Positions 30,319-40,717 of a stretch of 64,000 nucleotides of DNA are shown here, in pieces. The notes beneath the pieces were generated by a model, which saw nothing but the letters and a program-made list of their open reading frames with translations, was not told the origin of the DNA and searched no databases. The position numbers and the translations under genes are program-made. The DNA is from Azolla caroliniana (Eukaryota > Plantae > Polypodiophyta): NCBI GenBank assembly GCA_043228905.1, contig JBHGNT010000005.1:12462001-12526000 (forward strand), given 5' to 3'. How positions within the stretch are numbered: position 1 is the stretch's first letter; the number at the start of each line of letters is the position of its first letter.

Positions 30319-32556
30319 ATGCTCGAAAAAGGCGCCAAAACGCACAAAGAAGAAGCAGAACGCATGGAGACCTTTTCATTTCGCGAGCCAAGAAGCACAG
30401 AAGCACCAAGACAGTGGAAGCTGAGCAAACGCGAACCTGCACGCAGAGAACCCCCGCGCTCAGAACGCTCTCTCTCTCGCTCTCACTCTCATCACCACTC
30501 TACCTCGCCATCTTCCCTCGACCTTGAAGCAGACATGGAACCACAAACGCTGTCGGAAGCGGCCAGGAAATGGTTCAGGCAAAACGGACTGGAGGGGTTC
30601 TTGGCCATCATGGAGGCACCGCCGCACAGAGAAGCCGACCGGGTCATCAAGGAGCTCGCCACAGAGGTCATCACCGAGGAAGCGATCCGCGCGCTAACAG
30701 GCCTTCCGGAGGGAGGAATCTTTCAGATCGATAACCCAACCTCGGAGCAACTCACCCGATATTTCGGTGAGTACTCTGTTGCCGGCAAAGGCTATCGGAC
30801 GCAGGGCGGCGAAGATCCGCTATTCAGGGAGATAGCTCGAGTGCTCCATGAGTACGGTCACGTGTACCCCCGACCCCCTGTCATGCCAAAAAATCGGGCA
30901 GGGATGATCATAGCCACCTATGAAGGGGTCAAGGTGGACTGGCCGGTGTTGATTGCAGACGGGTTGTGCATGGCAATCGACATGGTACGAGGGAAGGACG
31001 GCAAGGAGGGCCGGAAGCTGTGGCACGCCGTAGCTCAATGGATAACATTGCTCGTGCCGCCGGTCGAGACCGCCCAGCCAAAGAAGCGGCCAAGAGTATC
31101 GGAAGGAAGCACCTCGAAGCCGGCGTCCAAACGACAGCAGCTGCTGGCGTCGAAGGCGACGAAAGGGAAGAAACGGGTCCCAGAACCGGAGGAGGTGTCA
31201 CCGGTCCGACCCGTCAAGATAACCTTACGGAGACCGGGACAGAAGGAACCGGAACCCTTGACGGCACAGAAACATGCCGTGACACAGGAAGAGGAAACGG
31301 AGGAGCCAGAAGAGCACCTCCAACGACGGTCAAGAAGTAGGACCGCCGAGACAGGAGGGGAGCGGTCGTACCCGCGAGAGGCAGAAACGCCCCCAACTCA
31401 ACCTGAGCAAACCACAAGGGAAGAACCGGAACCGGTGCGTAGGGAACCGGTCTTGTCGACTTCTATAGAAGTCAGTCCAACGGCTCCGGAGACGGCGAGA
31501 ACCGGAACTCAACAGCCGGCGAGCCCAGCCAGAGCACACGGCGGCCAAGGAGTAGAACCAGAACGGCATATGCAGGCAATCAGGCCAGACAATTCCACAG
31601 AGAATGAGCCGACCCGACCAGTACAGCAACAAGGCACCAGTAGCATGTGGCTACGGTGGGTAGGCGAGCAAATCGCCGGAGCGGTCGAGTATATAGAGGC
31701 GGAAGAGAGAGCGCACCAGGAACGGTTGCTCGTCACAACCGTAGATCTAGAGACGGCCCGGTCCAGAATCCGGAGCCTTGAACAAGACTTGGACAGGGTC
31801 ACAAGGGAAACACAAGTCCAAGCACCGGTGACTCCGGGCAATGTACAGAATAAAGCGGCAGATCAACCTGTACATAGCAAGCAGACCCCGGCAACGGAAA
31901 CCGTTCCGGAGAAAAATGCGGCACAAGCCCAAGAGCTTGCGGATTTAAAGGATGAGCTTGCTGCCCAAGAAGCGCTGAGGAGCCGCGAAAGAGAACTGAA
32001 GACGGCAGCGGAGGCAGAACTCAAAAAGACTGCTGAGAATCTACGCCGGGCCGAGGAGAGCTTACGGAAAGGCCACCAAGCGTACGACCGGCTCAAGGAG
32101 GAGAAGGAGAAAATGCTGCAAGAGAAGGAGAGACTCCGGAGGAACGCCGAAACAGAAGTAGAGCGCCTGAAAGAGGAACTCCGGCAGGTAAAGGACCGGG
32201 AGGAGCGGAACCATCGCCAGATCAACGGCAAGCTCAAACTAAAAACAGAGGAATTTGAGAACTTGCACCGGGAGTATAAACGGTTGCAAACGGAGCACAA
32301 GGAACGGATGGATGAGCTCCGGCAAGCAGTTGATCGGACCGCAACCGCATTCGCCAAGGAACAAGCGGAAAACAGAAAACGGTTGGAAGAGGCGGAGAAG
32401 GTTCGGACAGAGCTCCTCAGGCAACAGCAGGCGGAAAAAGAAAGAGCGGCGGAGGTACTGCAGAGGCTGCAAACGACATATCAAGGGCAGCTGACGCGCT
32501 ACAGAGAGCAGGCGGAGGATACGGCAAATCTCATCAAGCAGTTGAAGGAGGAGTGA
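30319..32556 (+). CDS. Extra 3' ORF of the Gypsy: possible plant-mobile-domain-like N-terminus, disordered linker, long coiled coil
   Basis: Open frame 30235..32556 with first ATG at 30319 (true start uncertain). Motifs ITEEAIRALTGLPEGG and VDWPVLIADGL; E/K/R/Q-rich heptads. Confidence 0.75.
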   Translation: MLEKGAKTHKEEAERMETFSFREPRSTEAPRQWKLSKREPARREPPRSERSLSRSHSHHHSTSPSSLDLEADMEPQTLSEAARKWFRQNGLEGFLAIMEAPPHREADRVIKELATEVITEEAIRALTGLPEGGIFQIDNPTSEQLTRYFGEYSVAGKGYRTQGGEDPLFREIARVLHEYGHVYPRPPVMPKNRAGMIIATYEGVKVDWPVLIADGLCMAIDMVRGKDGKEGRKLWHAVAQWITLLVPPVETAQPKKRPRVSEGSTSKPASKRQQLLASKATKGKKRVPEPEEVSPVRPVKITLRRPGQKEPEPLTAQKHAVTQEEETEEPEEHLQRRSRSRTAETGGERSYPREAETPPTQPEQTTREEPEPVRREPVLSTSIEVSPTAPETARTGTQQPASPARAHGGQGVEPERHMQAIRPDNSTENEPTRPVQQQGTSSMWLRWVGEQIAGAVEYIEAEERAHQERLLVTTVDLETARSRIRSLEQDLDRVTRETQVQAPVTPGNVQNKAADQPVHSKQTPATETVPEKNAAQAQELADLKDELAAQEALRSRERELKTAAEAELKKTAENLRRAEESLRKGHQAYDRLKEEKEKMLQEKERLRRNAETEVERLKEELRQVKDREERNHRQINGKLKLKTEEFENLHREYKRLQTEHKERMDELRQAVDRTATAFAKEQAENRKRLEEAEKVRTELLRQQQAEKERAAEVLQRLQTTYQGQLTRYREQAEDTANLIKQLKEE

Positions 32557-32559
32557 CAA

Positions 32560-33207
32560 GTGGTGGAAAGCAGAGCACAAATGGGAGTAAGTCGCATCCA
32601 GGATATCATGCGGGCCTGGTTGAACCAGACCAAGAGCTTGATTGACAACGGCTCCGTCAAATGGTGGACCAAGTGGGCCACGAACGCGGCGGAACTCCAA
32701 TTGCTCCGGGCTGACGTAGAGAACCGGCGGAAGGAGGGAGATGATTGCTATATGCTGAATTCTGAAGACTTCACCGGCATAAGAGATGAGCTGGCCGAAG
32801 ACTTTCAAGCCTTGGCGGAGGACCAACTAGAGCAAGTCCGGCAACTTGTAGCTCAGCTGGACGATGACAGGCTGGAGGCGCAGATCCAGTTTGAAAGTTA
32901 CGAGAGGTCCCGGATCCGGGGAGAGAAAGAACGAGAACCGGTTACGGTCAACCTCAGTGATGAGGAACCGTTACTGGAAGGAGACCGGACCGGAAGCAGT
33001 CAAACGGAGATGCCGGAGCCAGAGAGACAAACGGAGCAGCCGGAGTCAGCGAAACAAACGGAGCAGCAGCAGCAAGCAGAGCAGCCGGAGCAACCTCAGT
33101 CCCAACCACAACCACAGCAGCAGCAAGCACAGCCGCAACAACCACAACCGGAAGAACAAGCGGAAATTCTTGAACAAAGTAATTTGGACAATTTGGGTGA
33201 ACAATAA
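32560..33207 (+). CDS. In-frame continuation of the extra ORF after a single TGA (helical region, then Q/P/E-rich tail)
   Basis: Same frame as 30235..32556, separated only by TGA CAA. Confidence 0.6.
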   Translation: MVESRAQMGVSRIQDIMRAWLNQTKSLIDNGSVKWWTKWATNAAELQLLRADVENRRKEGDDCYMLNSEDFTGIRDELAEDFQALAEDQLEQVRQLVAQLDDDRLEAQIQFESYERSRIRGEKEREPVTVNLSDEEPLLEGDRTGSSQTEMPEPERQTEQPESAKQTEQQQQAEQPEQPQSQPQPQQQQAQPQQPQPEEQAEILEQSNLDNLGEQ

Positions 33208-33259
33208 AGGGGCCGAGAAGGGTTCGACGTACAAGGTACTGTCCCACGGGCGTGCCATG

Positions 33260-33677
33260 TGTTACCGGCCGGCAAGGAGTCCAAAATACGGAGTGAAGGA
33301 ATTAATTAGATGGTTGTAAATGAGCATAGTGTGGACGGACGGACTGGAAACGGTATGCCGTTCCAGATCCGGACGGATCCCGAATAGGTGCGAGAGGCAC
33401 CGTTTTGTACTACGGGCCGGAAACCTATTTAAAGGCCCGGACCCCATTGTAATGACAGCGGATAATTAATAGAGCTTATGATGTTTGTACTTCTGTCTTG
33501 ATTTCCGTTCTGTAATCACTGTTATATCTTACGCGTGTAATTAACCGAAGCATTCTAATCGTGTAACCTATGTAAGTCGGTGTAATCGTTGAATATTAAT
33601 CCTATGCCGTAATCACCCTTTGGTGAAGTGTCTCCGTGACACCTTGTGTTAGGCCTTGTCCGGCTAAGAGAATAACA
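33260..33677 (+). repeat. 3' LTR
   Basis: Matches the 5' LTR; followed by the TSD. Confidence 0.97.
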
Positions 33678-34039
33678 GAATTTAAGTGAGATAAAATAAT
33701 GTATGCATAACAAAGTCATGGGCTGATGTCGAGCCACAATCACCAACGATTTTGAATGGCAATGCAATAAACTCAATCACAATGGACAAATTGCTTATAA
33801 GTCAATTGATTTGTCTTCAAGAAACCATAAACAAGCAAGGTGAAGATATTAGGACACTAATGAAAGAGAATGCTAAGCTCCAAATTGTTGTCATTGAGAA
33901 TGAAAGTCTTAAGAAAATGATTACAAAACTTGACGATGAGATTCAAGAATGGAAGAGAAATTCTTTCGAAATAAATGAGAACCTTAACAAGATTGTGTTA
34001 AAGGAAGCATTAAAAGAAGAAAAATTGGAAACGATGAGG

Positions 34040-37000
34040 CTCAACTTGAGGTCGGATCGTGGTGTTAGTGTCCGCGACATTCGGTTCTTCTACACGGCTC
34101 CTTCTGGCGTTGCTCCGCCTTGCTTGCACTCCTAGTCTAGTCCAATCCTATTTGTCGCGACCCTTCTAGTTCTGCACACTTCGACCTCCTCGGTCGGCTT
34201 GTCTGCTGCGACTCTAGCGCTTGTCGATCCATCGGTTCTTTCGTGTTGGTATCGACTTCCATTGCGTCCATTTGGCCTTTAGTTGATCCGGCTTCTCCGA
34301 ATCTTGAACCAAATCGGTTTCCTTCGATTCGTTCCAGCTCTTGTCCGAGTCAGTGTTCTCCAACTCGTCTTCCTGTTTCAGGCCCTTCACCACATCGGAC
34401 CACGTTCGGGTCTTGGCCTTTTTCTTCCGGTCGGGTCTATCCTTCTTGACTCTGCCGCCGCTGCCACTTGTTCCGACTTGTTCGAATGTGCTGACTTCCT
34501 TTTTCCTCTTGCCTCCCCCTTTCTTGGTTCTTTCTTCCTCTCCAGGTCCTTGTCTAGTGCCCTCGGTTCCCTTTCCTTTTCTCCCCCTCAAGGATGGCAC
34601 ATCGAGATGTTGAACACCAAGCATTTTGGTGAAGTGCTGCAACTTGTCCGATCCGAGCAGGTTTGATGAAGATGTCGGTAACCTGCCAATCCGTTTGAAC
34701 ATACCAAAGCTCAGGACCCGCTCACATACAAAGTGATAGTGCACTTCTATGTGTTTCGTCCGAGCATGGAATACAGGGTTCTTGGTGAGCTGAATGTTGC
34801 TCATGTTGTCACAGTTGATCAAGATCGGGGTCGGTACCTCGATTCGTTGATCTTGCAGTAGTTGCCAAAGCCAAATGGCTTCACGGGTGGCATTGGTAGC
34901 ACCCCGGTATTCAGCCTCAGTGCTCGACAGAGCCACTATTGGCGGCTTTTTGCTGCTCCACGCAACAACCGCGCTACCTAAAGTCCATAAAGGACTGACA
35001 GAAGTATTGACAGGTACTTGATCTTCCTCTCCATTTCCTGTTCAACTAAGCTTTGAAGGTTCCGGAAACACTCGAAGACTTCGCTCTTCCTCTTGATGAG
35101 GTAGATCCACGTATGCCGGCTGTAGTCGTCGATGAAGGAGACAAAATACCGACTCCCGCCAAGACTAACGTTCTGTGTCGGTCCCCATACATCTGAATGT
35201 ATTAGATCAAGCTTGTTACGGCTCTGGTTTCGTTCAGTGGGGAATGGAAGTCGATGTTGCTTCCCAAGTTGGCAGGCTTCACAACTTTCGGTCTTCCGGC
35301 CGCTAAATTTCAGCAAACCGAAAACGCGTTCGGTGGGGAATGGAAGTCAATGTTGCTTCCCAAGTTGGCAGGCTTCACAAATTTCAGCCTTCCGGCCGCT
35401 AAATTTTGGCAAACTGAAAACGACTTGTTTCAATTGCAGGTCTTGAAACCTCTGATAATTGACGTGGCCAATCCGCTTGTGCCACAGGTTGATGTCCAAT
35501 TCGACCTTCTACCCTTTCGCAAACATAGTGGTGCCAACATCATTAGTGTTGAGGATGAATATCCTCCCATCTCTGCGCCCTTGCGCAATTATCCGTCCCT
35601 CTTCCTCGATGAAGCACACGAGGTGCGTAAACCACACCTGCATCCCCTGGTCGACGATTTGTCCGACCGACACCAGGTTCTTTGTGATTGTCGGAACATG
35701 TAGTACGTTCATCAGCTTCCCCTTTTGTCCGACATAGCTTAAAGGGACTTCTCAGACATGCACAATTGGGTGAGGGGTGTCGTCTCCGGTTTCGACAATC
35801 CCTGGTTGTTCCGGTTTCTCCAAAAAAGAGAACCACTCTTCATGGCTCGTCATGTGGTTGGACGCTCCGGAATCAACGTACCATACTTCCGATCTAGATG
35901 TAGTCTTCTTCATCGAGTTAGCCTTGTGCTTCATCACGAACGCTGGCCCTTTACCGGTTTTCCTGGTTCCGGATCCTTCCGATCCTTCTGCATAGTGCGA
36001 GCTTTGCTAGTTCTCCCGACCGGTTTTGCCGTATCCGGATTTTTCCGAATCGGCGCGCTTCTTCTAGCACTCGCTTTCCTTGTGGCCCTTTTTGTCGTAG
36101 TACTAACATTCCATGTCGGCCTTCCCTTGCCGGTTCCCGACGCCACTTTGAATTCCCCTGCTTGTGGAGAGTTCGGAACTAATGTTGGCACCACCTCTGT
36201 GCCTCTGGTCCTGCTCTTGTCAGCTGCCTCCATTGCGTGCTGACCCACCTCGTCCACCACGTCCATGGGGAGGATCTGTCTCTGTGTACAGCATCCGACC
36301 ATCCAATTGAGTGGTCCTTGACCCACTCACGTGGTTTTCTTTGACCATCAGCATCGATTGCAAGTCGAAGAAGGACGGTGGTTTCTACCAGATGCAAATC
36401 GTTGTCCGGATTGGCCCGTACCTTTGCGCTAGACCACCGAGGCAGATTTGTACCATCTCATCTTCGTCCACCGTCACGTTGATGGACCCGAGTGCTTCGC
36501 AAATCTCCTTTATCTTGGTGGTGTAGTCTGTAACCAACATGTCTCTTTGCTAGATGTTGTTCAGCTCTTGTCGGAGCTTCAACTTAAGGGCTATGGTACT
36601 TGCGGTGAAAATCTTTTGTAAATTTCCCAAGCCTCCTTCGACGTCTTTGCATCCTTGATGTAGCTGAGCATCTGATCATGCACACCGGACGCGAGACAAT
36701 ACAGTACCCGACTCGCTCCTTGCTCCCATACCGGGAAGTCTTTGTGTGACGGCTCCGGTGCTACTTCATTTGTTCCTTCCACGAAGCTCCAATATCCATG
36801 CCCCATCAGGTACTGGTGCATTTTATATGACCGGGATGCATAGTTGCTCCGGTCAAGCTTCTTTGTTGGAAGTGAACTCGCCATTCCTCTATCCATATCT
36901 TCTCTCTATCTGTTGTTACCGGGTTCTAAGGTTCGTCAACCGAAGCAAGTGTCAGTTGCAGAGGTTTTCAACCCTCGCGCTTTGATACCATGTGAATGTT

Positions 37001-37446
37001 AATGTGCGGAAGCGTTAGGCAGAACCGGCTCAACCGGATAGCAATAGAAAATGAGATGAAGGTTTAATGGAGTAGCTTAACACAAAGAGTATATACGGGA
37101 GAGACAGAGAGACCAGAACATAAACTCTATTCAAAAAATAATTCTAAAACTTTGTACACCCAACGTGCTAAACAACACTATTATACAAGTCCATAAAGGA
37201 CTGACAGAAGTACTGGCAGGTGCTTCAATGCTCATACGTGCGACTACCACTAACTACGAGACAATGATTACCTAGTAGTCTAGGCTACTACTAGGCTTCT
37301 GGTTCCTGCTCGAATCCAGCTCTTCGATCCATCTCCCCGATCTGGCCGGTTGTTTCCAGATACCGATCCAACTCATCCTTCCAAATGCCGATCCGGCTTA
37401 GGCTTATTCAGCCGATCCGGATCCGGTTGAGCTTGCTCGCTCAACA
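34040..37446 (-). mobile_element. Internally deleted Ty1/Copia (5' LTR, gag, PR, partial IN, RNase H end, tail); RT and 3' LTR missing
   Basis: LTR 37446-36991, PBS TGGTATCAAAGC 36990-36979, gag 36896.., WYVDSGAS protease, HSDVWGP integrase, ALSSTEAEY RNase H. Stops just before the PPT. Confidence 0.9.
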
Positions 37447-40320
37447 TAAGAGAACTTCTTTCGAAATAAATGAGCGCCTAAACAAGATTGAGTTAAAGGA
37501 AGCATTAAAAGAAGAAAATTTGGAAACGATGAGGCGGGATGTAAGTGAGATAAAAGAATGGATGCACAACGAAGTCATGGGCTAATATATGTGGTGGGGA
37601 TTCTGTATCCAACTCATCTATTATGCATGTGATGAATCAAGAGAAGAATATTGAAAGTATAAATGTCCAGGAATTGAAAGAATGTTGATATCCGTGGGAT
37701 TAAGGATGAGAGTGTAGAAATGCCCGCATCCCCCGAAAAGGCCATTGGTGAATTCTTTAGCATGCATTATGGTTTGTCGGATGTGAATGTATATGAGCAT
37801 ACTGAGCTGGGTAACATGATGTTACTCGCTCTGGAGAAAGGTCTATTGTATGCACAATGACGGATGATACAAAGAGGATCATACTCGAAAGTAGTTGGGC
37901 ACACCTCAAAGGTACGCAATATTTTGTGAGTGAAGATCATATTATCTCACAGTAAAATGCCCGTCGTAAAGCATATGAAGAAAAATTGAAAAATAAGGTT
38001 TAGGATGTGCTTAAAGATGGAAATGTAAGCAAATAGAGACACTGGACCGATGAGACTAGACCATGTCTTCTACGACTATGCTTTTGGAATTGCAATGGAT
38101 ACCCATGGAATGCGGGATTTGGCTCGGATATCCCACTTCTTGTTGAAACATGGGGGCATGATACTCAAAGGATTCAAGGTTTAGGAAACTATAATGTACA
38201 CTCTTTGATATGGGAGAAAAATCCAAGATAAAGATGATGATAAGGAGAGGTGACATGTTTGATTAAGAAGGAAATAGAGAAATATATGTCAATCATAAAA
38301 AATGATGAACATAAATGCTACATATGGCTCAAAATAGAAACACCAAATGATTTGCCCACTTTTGTAGTTGGATGCAATATTCCTCATCAAGATTCTAACT
38401 TTTATGCTTGTTTGGATAAAGATCAACCTTTTGCCAATCTAGAAGATGATATTGCTTATTTCAAATCCAAAGGGGAAGTTATTGTCTTTGGTGACATGAA
38501 TGCCCACACAAGAAGTTTCTAACTTGATGTACAACAATCTTTCATGCCACATATCTCAAGGATGCAAGAGAATATACAAATGTATAATCGCTCTTCTAGC
38601 GATGAAGAAGATTCGGACCAATTTGGGAAGTTACTCTTTCAAATGTACAATAATATTGAATTGCTTATTGCAAATGGTGTCTCCTTGTGGCCCAACACCA
38701 ATGGTTTTACATGTAGAAAACTATTAGTGTAATTGACTTTGTGCTACTTTCTGAAAGTATTTTGGATCATATTCATAACTAGTGTAATTTACTTTGTGCT
38801 ACTTTCTAAAAGTATTTTGGATCATATTCATAAGTTCTCACTTGGTGAATGGACACTGGAATCTGATCATAGGGCTTTATGTATTAACCTCAATTGTATG
38901 CATAGGTTTGATTGTGAGAAGTCCATTGCAGATAATAAACAACCCCACTTGAGGATGAACATTAAGCAAGTGCCCATGTATTCCAAGATGGTTGAGGATA
39001 TGTTACAAATGACAAAGATACAACATGGTGCCACACTAGAATGCAAATGGGAAGCTTTTAAGAAAGTCATTCTCTCATGCGCAAACGAATGTTTTTCAAC
39101 CAAGCACACATCTTGGAAATGCATCAAGAAATATAGTTCAAAGAAAAAATGGTTGAGTGTCTTGGTTAGGGGCATAAATCCCAACCATGTACACAACCTT
39201 GCCAAAAAACTTGATTTCTAGAACCAAAAACCGACCATAAGGATCATTATGCACCACTTGAGGATAATATTTATCCCGCACGATTAATACCACACCCGAA
39301 TAATGATTATTAAGATGTCCTGCATAGAATGATGAATATCCACGCAAATGAATTATGGATCCCGCCAACTCATGACATTTATGCTCAACTGCATTAATAC
39401 ATCCCATTCTTTACTTAACAAAGTTTCCCATAATATATACTTCTTATGAGGAGAACATGCCTCTCTCACATTCCATGTTACCAATTTCATTCAATCAACA
39501 ATGTTATGGGTGCACTTGCTCCTTTAGAGCAACCGATGTCATGAAACTAGTCAAAGCATGTTCCAATGCTGCATATGGATTCTCATGCACCACATCCTTA
39601 GGGTTATCTATTGAAATATTTTATTTAGGTCCTCCTGCTTGACGAAAACCTTGAGAACCCGATGAATTTACAACCCGACTCAATGAATCAAATTGAAGGT
39701 GAAGGGGTATCCTTTATCCCTAATTTGTCGTTGCCAATTAACTTTTCGAGGACCCTCCCTAGTTCCTGAATTACCTTGCCAAGTAGTCTCACGAGTAGTT
39801 GGAAAACTATTATGTTGCATATTCATTGATTTCCCCTTCGACTTGCCCTTAACCTCATGTCAATCTTTGTCAACAACATCACAACTAGCTCTATCCAATG
39901 GTTTTTTCCCCTTATCTATAACCACTAAACTTTGTTTTTCCATATCCATAGATTGAGTTCCCTTATTCTTAGGGCCCAAACCTTGAAGTGACACCTCTTT
40001 ATAACCTACTCTAGATGATGTTCCTTCATCCATGAAAACCACAATATATAACACACCAACATCTCTCCCAACTCCTTCCTTACCATTCCCTTCATTTGGA
40101 ACCTCTATAGTTGAAGAACAATGACGATGGCATTCCGCCATAAAGTGACCCCATTCACCACATCCAAAACAATGACCTGCAAATGTCTTCCACTTCAATT
40201 TAAAACAAAGTCTTTTCATACACACCCATCCTGTCCTCTTACGACTTGTATCCCATAACACACAAATCTGCACTTATTTGTAGTATTTGCATGTGGAGAT
40301 ACCAACACTTTACCCATTTG

Positions 40321-40717
40321 TGTCATAGACAGGATGCTGCATGGAATGTACGGGGTTAAACCCATGACCTCCTGGTCTTATTGTGCAACCTTACCAGTTG
40401 AGCTACTTCCATTTGTGCATTATTATTGCATAAGATTCAACTTATTACATTGTATGTTAATCACTAGAACTTTCAAGAAACTTCTAGAGAATGCATCTTC
40501 ATGCACTCTCTAGAAGTTTCTTAGCTTACATGCATACCTCCACATTCTTGTATAAATACTTGGGTGCACCTTGATTACAATCAAGGTGAACAACACCAAT
40601 TACAAAAGCATAATATTGGTTCTTGTTATCTTGTCTATTCTCTCTCTCCCATTCTTGTTTTCTTGCTTATGCACTTGCTCTCTCTTAGTATTTAGCCTCG
40701 TCTACCCATCCGTGACA
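40321..40717 (+). repeat. 5' LTR of the Tcn1-like element
   Basis: Direct repeat of 45327-45723 (about 90% by eye); TATAAA at 40551. Confidence 0.93.

Larger units (their letters stand above)
23809..33677 (+). mobile_element. Intact, very young non-chromovirus Ty3/Gypsy (Athila/Phygy/Selgy-like) with extra 3' ORF; TSD GAATT
   Basis: 418-bp LTRs 23809-24226 and 33260-33677 with no differences seen. GAATT at 23804-23808 and 33678-33682. Uninterrupted gag-pol, no chromodomain, no additional RNase H. Confidence 0.96.
23400..39160 (+). mobile_element. Degenerate LINE (ORF1 with three copies of a coiled-coil segment, plus AP endonuclease), interrupted by a Gypsy (23809-33677) and a Copia (34040-37446); RT lost
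   Basis: Coiled-coil repeats at 23544.., 33752.. and 37447... Endonuclease motifs LWNCNG (~38083), VFGDMNAHT and SDHRAL (38250..39160) parallel those of the LINE at 52414. The 5' boundary is approximate. Confidence 0.7.
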
